Below are positions 12,930-27,200 of a stretch of DNA of 64,000 bases, piece after piece (the stretch's first letter is position 1; each line of letters starts with the position of its first letter). Source of the stretch: Camelus dromedarius (Eukaryota); assembly GCF_036321535.1 (NCBI RefSeq), contig NC_087437.1, positions 115,942,001 through 116,006,000 of the forward strand, written 5' to 3'. The notes under the pieces are model-generated. The model was not told the DNA's origin. It saw only the letters and a program-made list of their open reading frames with translations, and ran no database searches. The translations under genes were made by a program, and so were the position numbers.

Positions 12930-13300
12930 GTCAGTCATCAAGCTGTTCTGAAGTGCCTGCTCTCTACCAGTTACTGTTCCAAGTCCTGGGAACACAGTGA
13001 TGAGCAGGACAAAAGTCTAGCCTCTAGAGGTTTTTACCTCTAGTGGGAGGTAAAAACAGGAAATAATAGCTGAATATTAAAGATATAATGTAAATTTCAG
13101 GCTATACTAGTTTATAGTACATGCTATAAATTAAAGGGTGTAAGGAAATTGACTAGTGAGGTGGTGGCTCTTTTAGGGTGAGGTTGCCTCTCTGATGACA
13201 TGTGAGGAAAAATAAGATGCATATCTCCTGGGGGGAAAAAGTGAGGTAGGCAGAGGGTACAGGAAATGCAAAGGTCCTGAGGTTGGAAGTAGTTTGACTT
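12930..13300 (-). mobile_element. L2 fragment
   Basis: CTGGGAACACAGTGATGAGCAGGACAAAAGTC...TCTAGTGGGAG and GCAAAGGTCCTGAGGTTGGAA. Confidence 0.65.
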
Positions 13301-14876
13301 CAAGCACTTCACCACATGAAGGCCTTGATGATTCAGATACAGCGTTTCTTTTCTGTCCTCCTGGGAATATGGAAGGAAAGTCAGGTGAGCCGGGATAAGC
13401 AAAAGAAGGCAGGTCTGAGGAAGGTTAGCATCCTCTACCTGTTTGGCCATCAGTGGTTGCCCATCAACCAGCTGGGCAGTTGGCATTCGGGAGCTGTGTG
13501 GGGCCGTGTCAGCCAGACCAAGGGTTTGTCTTGTTGCTGCTGTGGTTGCAAGTCTGGGGACTGAGCAGAAAGTCTGGGGAAAGGGTGGGTGGGGTCCACA
13601 GAACTGAGATAGGTGGTTTGCACTCCCCTGTAAGAGGCCTGCGCAGACAGAGCCGGCTCACCTGGCCCCGCTGTGTTGACGCGGAGGGGATGGTGAGGTA
13701 TTGCAGGCAGCCTCTCTACAGGATGCGATGTTAGGGGGCTGGTAAACTTTCGTGATTTCCCTCCAAACACCTCCTTCTCTCCAGGCTCTTGATGCCCCCC
13801 ACCCCTGCATCCTCGTCCTTCCTTTTTCCCCTTAGCTTTCCCACCCTTCAAGCCACAGGTGAAGGCTCCTCGTAAGGATGACAGAAAGGAACAAGTGGCA
13901 AGACAAATGGCGCACTCTTGGCTTTGACCTCCAGAGCAGTCTGAGGAGCCAGGGCTCTGGAGTTCAAGAGCCAGACAGACCTTTTCTCAAGTTCTCCAGA
14001 GGCCGGCTTCAGATACCAGGCACCAAGCCCAGGGGACTCGGGGAAGCGTAAATCTTGTACATTCCCGATGTGGAAGGAAGATGGGATGACAGAGCTGCCG
14101 TTCTCTCACCAAACACGAGGTAAGAACCCTCACTCTGGGGGTGGGAGGAAGGTGGGGAGGGCTTGGCCAAGCAAGAGCAAAATGCGGGGCTGCCCCAGCA
14201 TCTCCGTGAAGCTGGAAACCTGCGGAGGTCGGGGGCTAGGTTTGGGGACCACAGTGCAGAGGAGGTTTGCACCTGGTTTGCTCATGTTCGCCCAGGGAAC
14301 TGCAGACCTGTCAGACAGCCCGGCACCTAGACGCCGGCCGGCGTTGGGATTTGGAGGTCAGGTGGGGTGTGGACCGGGGGAGACCACAGGGTTAGGACAG
14401 GGAGACAGGTCCTGTTGGGGACCAGACAGCAGGTGCCGTGGGAACCTAGAGCATCGCTGTGTCAGCCTCCCCCAAACACCCATGCATCTGCAAGGGAGGG
14501 AGGAGGAGCCTGCGGGGCGGAGGCCCCACGCACAGATGTAAATCATGAGGGAGTGAGTTTACCGTATGCTTCTTCCCAGACACGGGGGTTCGTGTGGGGT
14601 GCAGGTCTAGGGAACTGAAGCTCCTCCTCTGAGTGCTTGACGTTCTGTGACTGTGAGGGTCACGTCTGTGATCCCTGACAAATCGTTTCAGCAGACGGAG
14701 AAGCTTTCCACTTCACCATGAGGGGTAAGGCTCAGCGCGTGACATGCTCACTGGATTATCCCCATCCAGCCCTTGGAGAAGGTGAGCTAAGGCAGGGGGA
14801 GGGGCCGGAGCAGGGGCGGGGCGGGGCTGTGGGAAAGTCTGGTTTGCTCTGGGCTGGCTGACTGTCTTGGCCTGCG

Positions 14877-15320
14877 TGTCAGTTTCCTAGGGAGCTGCTC
14901 TAACAACACACCACAAACCAGGATGGCTGAAAACCACAGAAATGTATTCCCTGACAGCTGTGGGGACCAGAAGCCCCAAATCGAGGTGTTGGCAGAGCCA
15001 ACTGAAGGCTCTAGGGGAGAATCTGTTCGTGCCTCTCCCTTGGCTTCTGGTGTTGCTGGCAACCCTTGGCGTCCCTCGGACTGTGGACACATCCTTTCAG
15101 TCTCTGCCTGCAGCTTCACCTGACGTCTTCCCTCCCCTCCGTCACATCATCCTCCCTCTTCTTACAACGACCCCTGACATATCAGAATTGGGTCCATCCT
15201 AACGATCTCATTTTGACTTGATTATGTCTGCAAAAACTATTTCCAAATAAGGCCACATTCACAGGTGCCTGGGTTAGGACGGGTGCCTGACTTTTGGGGG
15301 GACACAATTCAATTGTCAAG
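14877..15320 (-). mobile_element. MLT1B/C-like MaLR solo LTR
   Basis: AGTTTCCTAGGGAGCTGCTCTAACAACACACCACAAAC...CTATTTCCAAATAAGGCCACATTCACAGGT...GGGGGGACACAATTCAA. Confidence 0.85.
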
Positions 15321-16232
15321 AGTGAACTAGCTTGCAGAAACCCTGTTGTTTTGTTTGCTTCCTGATCAGATGCCAGGTTTCGAGAAATCAAATTGCAGAA
15401 CTTACATATTTCTCAAAAGTGTTTTACAATCCATTCACAGTTCTAAGGCAAAGCATTGAGACCTGTAAATCTGTTCATAAACTCTTCGGGAAAGACTCAT
15501 TCTTCCTGAGAGTAGTGAACTGATAACATCTAGGGGATGTGGGGAGATGTGCAGGTGGCTGCAGTGCACCCACTTACGACTGGGCTCACACCTGCCATGG
15601 GGGAAACTCACCCTGAGACGTTTGACGTCTGGGGGTCGAAAAGAACCATGCATGCGTAAAACATGTTCAAAGGAATAAAAGGTGGCAGCTCCGTGTGTCA
15701 AAAGGTTTCCCCCGAATGCCCCACAGACATGGGAAGCACATCACGTCAGAATCATTCATGTCGCCTGTGATTGTGCCCACCTCCCCCGCACCCCACAAGG
15801 CAGCAAACAAAACAAGCCCCACGTGAAGCTGGGACCTGCTGCGTTCCCCACCCCCCACCCCCTCCCGAGCTTTACAAACTCGAATATACCAAGGTGGCGT
15901 GCGGGGGCAACTTTATAAAAACGTTTCCTATAAAATAACGTGTATTGAAAGTCTGATGACAAATTCGAGAAATTTCTCTCTAAAGTTAAGCACAGGGGAT
16001 TCTGAGGGTTTACCCTGATCTCTCGACTCTAAATACAGAGCGTTCAATTGTCCCAGGAAGGGGAGTCACAGACAGAGCAAGAGGAGGGGACGGCGCAGGG
16101 GAGGCGGTGTTTCTCCTTTTGTTTTTATAGAATAGTTTCATGGGCTGGCCCTCTCAGCAGTATGACGGATAGATTAAAAGGTGAACTTGACTTTTATCAA
16201 AGCAAGTTAGTAGCTTAGGGGAATTCACGCAT

Positions 16233-16239
16233 ACACACA

Positions 16240-16282
<43 letters not shown>

Positions 16283-16286
16283 ACAC
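16233..16286. repeat. (CA)n microsatellite
   Basis: ~27 CA units with two CT interruptions. Confidence 0.97.
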
Positions 16287-16728
16287 TGTCTCTCTCTCCA
16301 CTGTGCACAGTATGTCACTTTAGTTGTAGCAAAAATACTTTTTATCCATTGATGAAAATTCGGCCTTTCACCTGTCAAAGGTTCATACGAGTTGGAAAAC
16401 AAAGGGTTTTAAAGCATTGCTTAGAAATGTATCCTTAAAAGCAGCAAAATAAAGAGCTTTAATGCGTAGTTTACTTTTACATAAAGGGAGATTGATAGAT
16501 TGATTACTTGTGTGCCATTTGGCTAAGAGAAATGCTTTTCACAGTTTATTATCCTCAATTAAAGCTAGAAATACCCTTGGGGGCCCAGGTTACAACCGTT
16601 TTAGCTCCCAGCTACCACACCCTTCCATGGTCCCTCCCATACACATTTTAAAGGTTTGAATACTCAAACACAAAAGCTGGTAACTTAAGGTAAGTGCTTC
16701 AGCTCTGTGTTTTACCTTTGTTGTTGTT

Positions 16729-16832
16729 AGTGGTGACGGTGGTGGTGGTGATGGTGGTGGGGGTGGGGGTGGTGTGTGGGCTGAGGGTGGTGGGTGTGGA
16801 ATGGGGAGGGGCTAGAGAATGGTGGGGATGGG
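16729..16832. repeat. (GGT)n / G-rich low-complexity tract
   Basis: gtggtgacggtggtggtggtgatggtggtgggggtgggggtgg...ggggagggg. Confidence 0.85.
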
Positions 16833-16946
16833 GATATATGTCACAACTTTTAAATGGCTCTGGGCAATAAAAAAAGACAAAAGAGTTTAAATGCTTAAAA
16901 ATCTGCAGGTACATTTTTAAAGCATCCTGATGCTTATTCTTTAAGC

Positions 16947-17126
16947 CACTGGTTCTCAGCCTGACTGTCCAGTAAAAGCATATGGGGAGCTTTGAAAACA
17001 AACCAACACAGAGGCTGCTCCCCACGGAGATTCTGATTTAATTAGTTGGGGGTGAGGAGCAGACATGGATATGTTTTAAAATCTCCCCAGGAGAGGTTGA
17101 TGGGCAGGCAGGGTGTTGATCTACTG
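16947..17126. mobile_element. MER5-type hAT-Charlie MITE
   Basis: CACTGGTTCTCAGCC...AGATTCTGATTTAATTAG...AAAATCTCCCCAGG...CTACTG. Confidence 0.7.
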
Positions 17127-18520
17127 CAGGTCAAACAGAGCATCCCAGTTAGATGCAGGTAACGAAGATGGAGACCCAGGCGGTGCCACCGCCTCTGAAA
17201 GAACAATCTTGTTGTCAGTCTGGGCAATAACAAAGTCACCCACTTCATTTTTTTTATTGAAATATAACTTAGTTTTTTAGTGGTTATTATAAACTATTTT
17301 AAAAACTCAGGAAAGGATACAGAATACCCATGATCTCTATTCCAGATTTGATCATGGGTGCCAGTATTCTGCTATATTTCTTCTGTACCAGTTTTGAAAA
17401 TGTGGCTTTTAAAAATTATCTTGTAAATTTGAATGGATTGAAACGTTTGGAGTATATTTGGGCAAATGTATTTGGAAGGCATATTACTTACTTAGGGTCC
17501 CTCTAGGTCATTTACACTGTAGTATAAGTGAGGGAACTGGGTGGAGGCAATGGTAGAGACTGAAGACTGGGCAAAGATGGGGAGACAAAATGGGAAACAG
17601 GGTGCAGGCTGGGCCTGCGATGCCTAAGGCAGCCCCCAGTTTGTCTGCTGCTGATCCTAACAATGACGTTATAATCTTTTTATTAAGGAGGTTTTTTTTT
17701 ATTTTTTAAATTTGTTTATTTATTTATTTTTTGAGAAGAAACCATAATTCAGGAATGTGAGCACTCCCAAGAATTTTAGCTTTCTTTGTCACCCATTGGG
17801 TTTCTCCCACAGCTTTTCATTAAGTTTCTGGGCATTCATTTTGATCCTGTCTCCCTTTTTGCAGAAACATGCTGACTGCTTCAGCGCGCCCCTGTGGAAG
17901 TGGCTCCCTGCGTGTCTGTCCCTCACGACCGAGAGAGGGCTTGTTTTTGCTCTGCTCTGCTGACTGCCCTCTATTATTTGGAAATTGCTGCCTTTTGACA
18001 TTTCTTTCCAACAAGTACTACCTGGGGTTCTGGATTATAATCCTAGGACAGCAGCTAAAATTTCCTTGGCCCTTCCATTTGAAGATGTTTATTTTAAAAA
18101 GATTGTAAAAGGTGGAGTTTAATTCTAAAATACTTCAATAAATAACCTCTTCCAAGTTCCTGTAATTCCCTTTGGCAGAGAGACACTATATACATAACCC
18201 AGAGCTGTGTCAAAAATAGATGCAAACAAACCGAGCTCTGGGCTGGCCTCTGCCTCTGTCTTCCTTCTCTCAGATTCCGCCAACGTCATGCCCTCTGAAG
18301 TCTTAAAGGGATCTGTTAAATCATAGTGTAATCAAAACCCTGTCACCCTCTACTGCTTTTTAGCTTCAGGAAGGCTGGTTTTCTTGCTTAACCATTCAAA
18401 AACAAAACAAAAAACAAAGATATAAAGGAGATGATCTGGAAGTTCCGTCCTAGAAAAGTTTTATTCATCCCTCCTTGATGTCTGTCTAAACTGACAACAG
18501 GAACAAGGCACTTGGCCAAC

Positions 18521-18680
18521 CAGTGGAAGTTCCTCAGAGCCCCGCAGCATCAGCATTGCCAGCATCTTTTGTTGGAAACACAGAATCCTAGGCTCCACCC
18601 TAGACTGGCTGAATCAGAAGCTGCATTTTAATAAGAGCCCCAGATGGTTCCTGCGCACATTCACGTTCAAGAAACACGAA
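18521..18680. mobile_element. MER5A-type MITE
   Basis: GCAGCATCAGCATT...CAGAATCCTAGGCTCCACCCTAGAC...TGAATCAGAAGCTGCATTTTAATAAGA. Confidence 0.75.
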
Positions 18681-21600
18681 CTTATAGCACAAAATCAACA
18701 CTTGTAGCCCTCAGCTCCCACGGGCAATTCTAACTTAGCCACCAGGAATACGTGGCTTACAGCATTTGCGATCACCCTAAAGGAGTTTAAGGAAAACAAG
18801 GCACTGATGTATCAATGTCTTCTCTTAACACGGGAGTGGTGATTCCAATTGCAAGTTTTCCAAAGAACCTAGAGATTACCACTTTATTTTAAAATTGTAT
18901 TCCCAGTGTCATATCTCCTGTTTTCTAACTAAAATTATATACGCTAAATAAGGAAGAGAAATGCACACGACTTCCAAGTTATGCCAATTCAACTTCTTTC
19001 TAAAACCCAAATAACAGTCCTGGCATTTAGAGGTGAGCAAGAGAAAGACTTCTCTCAAAGTTTCATGAGGCAACCTGGCTTTGTCCTCAAAACCCTTATG
19101 ATCAAGAACCACAAGCTCAGCTGCTGGAAAATGGGAGGAGTCTGGAATCAGCCAGCACAGAGTGGGAGGCAGGTCATCTTTGCATGAGCCCGCCCATAGC
19201 TCCTCTGGGGGCATCTGCTCCCAGGGGAGGAGTTTTACCAGATTCCTGAATAGACCTGGCTTTGCTTCTGCCTGAAGACGGCATCCTTGCTTTGAGGGTG
19301 GTAACCCTCGTCCCCACACCCCGTCCGCATGACCCAACATCTCTGTCCCCACTCCCACCTCCACCACCTTCCCCTGGTGCTGACCTCCCACCCATTGGAG
19401 GTCATTCTTTGGACAGTGTCTGTGGTTAACGATGCACAGCCCTCTCTGCTTCCATGTCTCCACCTTGAGGAAGAGGTGGACCTTCCCAGAACATCATCTT
19501 TCAGTGGCTTCTGTAAGGGCAGGGGGAGTTGGAGGGAGGGGATGGGGGACAGAGGGGCTGTGACGTGGAGACCAAGGGCATTAGAGTCCCCACCCCCAGC
19601 CTGACAGTGGGGCCCTGTTCCAGTGCCCTGTTTTGAAAGATGGAAATGCGAGGTGAAGCCTTAGTGTAGAATCTCGTAGTTTCTCAGGGTAAAATCACGC
19701 CCCTAAAAACAGGACCGCTTCTCTCTAAGGTGTGATGAGTGTCTGTGGGGCTGGGAAACTGCTGACATTTCCAAAGCGCTTTGGGGCGGCCAGTGATCTC
19801 ACACGCCTGTTTCCACTTGAAAGAATAAGGCTTGTGTGGGTTCGGTTGTGGTTGTGTCTCAGCTGGGGGGTTCCTGGGGCATTGGGTGTAGGGGGTGCAT
19901 CTCTTGTGGGCCATAATGTTGCAGAGGTGACCTTTCTGGGGCCCCAAGGTGAACCTGGAGACACAGTATGGCTAGGAGGGCTGGACCCCACATTCCCGTG
20001 TCCCTGATGACACTCGAGGGTGGCGTGTGGGCTGGGGATAAACACACTCGCTGAAGCCTTGTAGGAACACTCAGGATTTCTCTCAGTGGAAGCTGGTGTC
20101 TGTCAGGGGAACAGACAAGCTGACAGCCTTGGGGGAGAGCAAACCTGGGCCCCAGAGGCAGCAGGGATAACAAGCTGGCAGACACATCCCTGCCAAAAAC
20201 AGAGGTGAGCGAAGGCAGTGCCTGGAGCATGGGATTTGAGCTTCAAAAAGGAAGAGAAAAGGCAAATGTCTGGTGCCGGGACTGCTGGGAATTCACCTTG
20301 GAGCCCTGGCCAGGCTCTTCCCGAGGTGGGGGGAGGGCCAGCAGGCTGGGATGGATGAATCACACAGCCAGCAGGGAACCGGTTAGTGTGAAAGCCAGAG
20401 ATTTGCCTGCAGGAAACCACGCCGACTTCTTCATCTTGCTAAGGGATTTAAACAGAATTTCTAAATGCTGGGACTGGCGTTTCTGGGGGAGAACTGGGTT
20501 CTCTCCACTTTAGGAAGCTGCTTTGGCTTCAAAAATCTTCTGAAGACAGCCCTGCAAGGAGGCCTGCTCTGCTGTTACCTTGCAGATCCCTGGTTGGGGT
20601 GTCCCCTGCCCCCTGCCCATCCTGTCTCTGCATCTGGCCCCTCCCAAGATGTTGCTCAGCAAGGAAGGGGAACGGTGAGTGAGTCACAGGATGCTGTGAG
20701 GACAGTGACTCCCTGCTGGAGCCACCCCCACGCCAGGGGAGCGGCGGGGGGTGGGGAGGAGAAGCGCAGCGCCGCCCATGGTGGGAGGGATGACCTCACC
20801 CCGCTGAGGGCTGCCGCCACGTGTAGGTGTCACTTACGCTGGTGCCCAGTGAGAAGCCCTTAGATGCAGATCACATGCAAAAGGCCTCCCCCGGAAGCGG
20901 GACCCACTGGAGGCACCAGGAAATGGTGGATCTAAAAATAAGCTCTATTATTCCTCACAGCTGCCTGTCTTATGGCAAATTAAATACAGCTACTGATATT
21001 GCTGTTGGATAAACACAAGGATCGTTCTTCTAGGAGCAAAGTGTCCCTTCTGCCGTCTGGTCTAAAATCTTGCTTTGGCTCCCAGTTGCCTCTGGGATGA
21101 AATCTAAGGTCCTGACTGTGGTGCACCAGGTCCCTGCGATCTGCCTCCTGACCCCCTCCTCACATCTGCTCCCCTGGCTCCCTGATCCCACCAAGCCCTG
21201 TCCTTCCCCACGGCCACCTCGGATCGCCCAAGTTCATTAGGGTGCAGCTCTGCTCTCAGTGCTCCGAGATGTTAAGAGGCCTGTGCAGACTTCACAACTG
21301 CACAACGGCACAGTCTTGGGGACGGCAGTCCCACCCCCAGCAGCAAGACAGCACCACCCCTCTGTAGAAAGAGCCCGTCTCATCTGGTTCCTGAGAGTTA
21401 CCGCAGCACCTAGGACCCCGGAGGACCCAATGCATGTTTGCTGAGGGAGTGACGATCAAATGAGATTACAGATGGCAAACCACCTCCTGAACTGGAGCTC
21501 AGGAGGCAGCACAAGGGAAGACTTCTGTTACTGTCACACACTGAACCTTTAACACTGGGCTGTGTGCACGTGCTCCCTCGGGTTCGCCACCCTGGCTGCC

Positions 21601-22939
21601 CTGTAAAATCACCTGGGAGGCTCTGAAGACGCACCCACGTGGGGCGGGGCAGGGTGGGCACCGCAGACCTGTCGAATCTGTATAGCTGCGGCGGACAAGG
21701 TTGTCGGCAGCATCCTGTATCTGAGTGTCTCCGGCTCTGATACGAGCCTGGTGTCTGTGTTCTGCTGTTTTTCATTAGAATGGTCATCTGATTGGCTCTC
21801 GAGTCTTTCCTAGTCACGGAAAATTCCACTCCAGGTTGGCCGCTGCAAAGTGCCTTTCAAGAGTTGTTCCTAGTGGATTTCATTTCTTTTAAATTTTCAA
21901 AATGTCAATTATGTGCTACTAGTTTTTTTGGTTTTGTTTTGTTTTTTGCTCTAGAAAGCTTATAGATGGTGGATGGAGTTACAGATTGGAATCAACAAAC
22001 TTCATGCATCGTTGGGGAATAAAAGATTTCCCTCTGTAAAATATGGGTAAAGCCAAAGCACTAAATATCAGAGACGTTGGAAGAACTGAATTGTTAAGAT
22101 ATCTATGAAATTGTATTTTGTTTTAATGAAAGATATAACCAGGGAAAGAAATTTCTTTTCCTATTTGTTTTGAAAAGAAAATATTTCTCAATGTTTTAAA
22201 ATTAACCAGCAAAAACTCTCACATAGCTAAAAAAAAAGAAGACAGCTTTTTTTTTCTTTCTGTTAAGGAGCAAAAACCTTCAGTCCTCTAATGAGTCTAT
22301 GTTTCTTATGTTTTAGGAGGGAAATCAGCTAATAAAGGAAGAGACAACTCTGTCTCCTGAGAAATATTATGCTGACTTGCTCCTGGGTTGAGGTGGAATG
22401 ATGGTGGCAAAAGCAAGGGATTTTTATCTTTTGTGCATAATCTCCGCAGAAATCATGGCATCACGTGGAATAATAATAGTTTGTGAACTCAGAGGGAAAG
22501 CTGGTTTTGGCCCTGAAATATGGCCAAGTAGACTATAGAAGCTATTGTTAAGAAACTGCCCTAAGCTGGATTCTTCTGTCTCACTCTCTCTTTTTTCCCA
22601 ACTCCCCTCCCTCCCCATCCCTCAAGTTTAAAATTATAAAAGCATTTCAAGAAGCTAATAGACTAGCCCAGTTCTGCCAAATTGCTTAAAATCTCTTCTA
22701 AAGGACCCGTCTTGGACACGGCCGTCCAGCGTGAGTGTGACTGAGGAAGGGATCCTGCATGTTGAAAGGGCAGAGTGGGGAAGTTCCAGGCAGGATGCCC
22801 GGACTCCGGACGCTAATTACAAATCCTGGTGACCTCGTACGACCCACCTGTGTGAACTTGGGTTACATGGAAGGTAAAGAGAAAAAAAATTGATGAAGCA
22901 TGTGTTGAAAAACCTCAAGCTGATGATAATGTGTAGCAT

Positions 22940-23192
22940 AATAATTATGAGTGACAGATACTGAGAAGGTTTATAGTTTACTGGGTACTCTCTGGGCACT
23001 TCCCAAACATTATTTAATACTCACCACAACGCTGTCAGAGAGGGAATATTAGCTGTTCTCATTCTGTAGATGAGAAAACTAAGGCACAGGGAAATTAAGT
23101 AAGTTGACCAAGGTGACCCAGGAATTGGTTGAAGTACAGAATTCAAACCCTGCCTTCTGCAGCCTACATTCAAACACTGTGCCACACTGCCT
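22940..23192 (-). mobile_element. MIR SINE
   Basis: CTCATTCTGTAGATGAGAAAACTAAGGCACAGGGAAATTAAGTAAGTTGACCAAGGTGACCCAG...ATTCAAACCC. Confidence 0.85.
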
Positions 23193-23896
23193 CACTGTGG
23201 AATAATGGACCAATGGTTAGAAACGTAAAAAACAAAACAAATTTAAAGAAATGATGGATCTGCCATCATCATTCCAGTGGCCAACAGTGTGTGCGCCATT
23301 CCACAGGGGGTTCTTGTGAGGATCAACTGGCTTAACGACTGGGACATTATCTCTCAAACTTGTATCATCTGAATTTCACCAGAGGAAAGATTTTTGCCCA
23401 ATGTCTGGTATCAACTCCTTCTTTGTCACTGGCTGGGTCAGGTGGCTGAGTGGCTCAAATGGGCACAGGTTCCGGCAGGTAAGAAAGACCTGGTCCTATT
23501 CTTTGAATGGTTTTGCATCAATTCAGGCTGCTTGTGTGGTCAGTGGATCCGTAGCCTGGGGCCCTGGTGGAGTGTAAACATGGGCAGCCTTTCCGGAGGG
23601 TAATTTGGTGAAATGTTGCAGGCGCTTTAAGAAAGTGCTGACCATTTTACTCGGCAATTACGTTCACAGCACTTTATGCTAAAGGAGCAAGCTGATACGG
23701 TGTGTGCAAGGATGCTTATACTAGCGGTGCTGACAACAAAAAACGAAAATAACGCTAATGTCCAAAATGAGGGTGAAACAAATTCACAGTAAATACGTTT
23801 CAGAATTGCTTACAGTGCGGCCATCGCAATGATACTCCATATTTACTCAACAATATTGGGTACCTACTATGTTCGGGGCAGTGTCTGATATGCCAT

Positions 23897-24204
23897 GCAA
23901 TGGTTTATTTTAGGTGTCAACTTGACTGTGCCATGAGGTGCCCGGATTAACTGTTACTGCTATTTCTGGGTGTTTCTGGGAGGTTGTTTTGGGATGAGAT
24001 TAACCTCTGAATCAGTGGACTCAGTAAGGTAGATTCCCCCCACACCCTCACCATCCAATCCACTGCCAGCCTGAATAAAAAAAAAGGTGGAAGAAGAAGA
24101 AATTTGCCTCCTTTTTCTGCCTCACTGCTTGAATTAGAAAGTCTTACCCATCTTATCCTGCCCTCAGACTGAGCTTTACGTCATCAGCTCCCCTGGTTCT
24201 CAGG
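23897..24204 (+). mobile_element. MLT2-type ERVL LTR, 3' truncated
   Basis: ATGGTTTATTTTAGGTGTCAACTTGACTG, GATGAGATTAACCTCTGAATCAGTGGACTCAGTAAGGTAGATT, TCAGCTCCCCTGGTTCTCAGG. Confidence 0.8.
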
Positions 24205-27200
24205 TGAGTACCTCTCCCGTTCAAGGCTTAGCCAGGGGCCACGAGCAAGGCGATTAAAGTGCCGAGTGTGAGCCCCAGCTAGGAGTGGGGCTGCAGATGT
24301 CTACCGCCCACCCCCACTTACTGACGCGGAAAGAAGCTGATGGAGTATTACCAGGTAAGAAAAGTTAGCAACAGAATAGTGTGCGCGGTGATCGGTTTTA
24401 GTTAAAACCATAAACTCATTTATTTACGATACGTGCTATTTCCTTCCCTCTTTCCTCTCTCCCTCCTCCCTTCCTTCCTGCCTGCTGCCTTCCTGACTTT
24501 TTTTTTTTAGCTTATTCAAATCTTTACATTTTTCTACATTGAATTAGCTTACCTGTACAATGAGTAAGTGAGAAATGCCCGGGTGAAACAAGTTGCATTT
24601 TATTGGTTTTAGTCAAGCTGTCTGAGCACAGGGTTTGTTAATCTCAAAATGTGTTTACTCTTCCTGATTTAGCTGTTGACATTCTTGCTTTGTAGAAATG
24701 GTAAAACAGAGAGTTAAAATTGGCCAGTTACTTTATTTTTATTTTATTTATTTGTTTATTTTTTATGGATGGAATGAAACATGAACAGATAGCTGTGGTG
24801 CGGTCATGGGGGGGATTGTTTTTTCAACCTGAAGAAATGATTTCAATGTTCAACCTGAGGAATAAATATGTGGGACCAACCAGGAAAATTCTAAAAATTA
24901 AGAGAGACATTAGCTCTGACTGGCGAAACTGGCCAGTTACTTTAAAGGTCAGTGTTGTCTCAGAGAAAGAGAAGATTGGTTTCCAGAAGTCTGGCTACAC
25001 CCAACTTCTCCACATTTCCATTGGTAGAAGTGTCACCAGGATGGGTCCCAGAAGTATCACTTGCACGGAAACCACACATAAAAAGCTGTCATGAGGGTTC
25101 TATGCTCACACAGGCATAAACGTGGCCAGCTCTCTCCGTCCATCCATAACCTTGTATACATTTGGAAACTCATTTGTACTCACTAGGTGCAGTATTGACT
25201 TTGCTGGGAAACTTCACGGGCCTCAGGAATGGGGTGGTCTGGTTTAAGTGAGTTACTTGGATTAGCCATTCCACCCAGAAGAATATCAGCCTAGGATTCC
25301 CTGGATTTCAGATTCAGTTGTTAAAAACCTTTCCAACCCATGAGCTCACTTCCCCATGTCGTGAGTCTGCCACACTGGGCACAGTTCAGTCTTCGTTGAT
25401 GTGGGGGCCCCCAGTGTATCTGGGGCATTATTCCCCACCGTGAACTTGTTTCTCCTTCAAAAGCCTATGATGAGGCTGTAAGTAGCACCTGCCCCCTGGA
25501 CAGATTCACTTGGCACTTGAGAAAAAGTGTAAAATCATGAAATTGCTCATTATAATTTTCCAGATCCTCTTAGAAACAGGGGATAGGAAAAATAGCTCCC
25601 TAATCTGTTGGTTTATTTCCCCGAATGAGCCCTACTCGAGAGCTGGGAAACCTGGTAGAGAAAGAAGTTCAGTAACTCATCTGACAGCTCAGCACCTGTC
25701 AAGGCTCGTTCTGCGGCACCACATGACTCAACGTCCACGCCAACCTCTCAGGCTTCTTGAAAGGAAACGTGGTTACGGCTAACAGCGTGAGGGCTCAGAC
25801 CAGCACAGGCGTGTCAGAAACCAATGAGCTGGAAATGACTGAGCTTCAGTTTTTATGGGGCTCAGAGAAGTGAGAATGTTGCTCGGCGTCGTCCCATCTG
25901 AAACCCACATTCATACCTTTCCCTCGTCATTCACATGCTGTGCTGGAGTGACATCCACAAGAGATGTTTTCACTAATACAAGTTACCAAGAGAAGAAAAA
26001 GTTCTTTCTCTCTTGTCTCCCCTCTGGCCTCCATCTACAACATTTGGGTCTTTGATTTCTTGCTCAGGTGGTTTTTACTGAACTTCTGGAGATGGCTACA
26101 ATTTTACTGCAGGGAGTAATATAATCTGTATTCATCTTCCAAAGAGAGCTATTTTTAAAGAGTTTTAATAGATTTCTAAGATTTCTGCTGGAAGCGGAAA
26201 ACTTGAGGCATCATCAAAATATCATTCAAACACCACATATTTAATGGCTCTTTCATGAAACTCTTAAGGAGAGCGGCAGAGAGGGTGCAGTGATGTCAAA
26301 GCCTAGCCTTGGTTGTCAGGAGGTGGAGGGCACAGCGACACCATGCGACACACTTCAGTCCATGAAGTGGCTGCACAGGAAGGCCCACGGAATTGTCCCC
26401 AGGAAAATGCCTATGGTGAGAGGAGACGGCGCAAGCCCGAGGGCGTGACTTTGAATTGGGGTGGTATTTTCAAAGATACTTTAATTGACTTCTCGAATTT
26501 AGTGATCTGGATATTTAACTCAAGAAGCTGCCTGGTTTATTGTTTTGATTTCCTGAGATGACAGCAAACAAATTACCCTCCCTTCTTTTAAAGAGATTTT
26601 ATGGCATCAGCCCTCTGCTTTCAGCAAGGCTCTCTTGCATATACCTGAGGCCCACTTTCTCTCCTTGTTAGACACCGCTGTCCATTCCCTGCCCACCGCC
26701 CGAGAGTCCTTCTCTTGTGCTCAGAGCTCCCAGGTCCTAGTCCACCTTTTCCCCTGTCTTTGCCAGATGCATGGGGTTTCCCTTGTCTTTCCTCATGTAC
26801 TCATTTGGGCATGTACGAAGTCCTGGGGGTGCTGTAGGGGCACGGAGTGATTTGGTCTGTTTTGGGGTTAGAGTGCAAGGTGCACGTGACTCAGTCAATT
26901 CCCCTTTGCGGACCTGGGTGCGGGAAGACGCCCAGATGGGGAGGTAGGGCCTGTCACTTACGGGAGCCCTGACTGCTGACCTCACATTTCCGGGGATGCC
27001 TTATTCTAGCCATACCAACCGCTCCCCTGGAAATTGAACAAGGAATGAAGTACCTTGAGTCCATATTCCTCACATGAGTAAAGGAACGGACTAGAACAAT
27101 ACTTGCATATTGCAAGAGCTTGAATGAATCAAATGAGGATTACAGTTTCTCACAAGGACCACCAGGGTCCAACCTCAGTGCTAACAGCCTCCTGATACTT

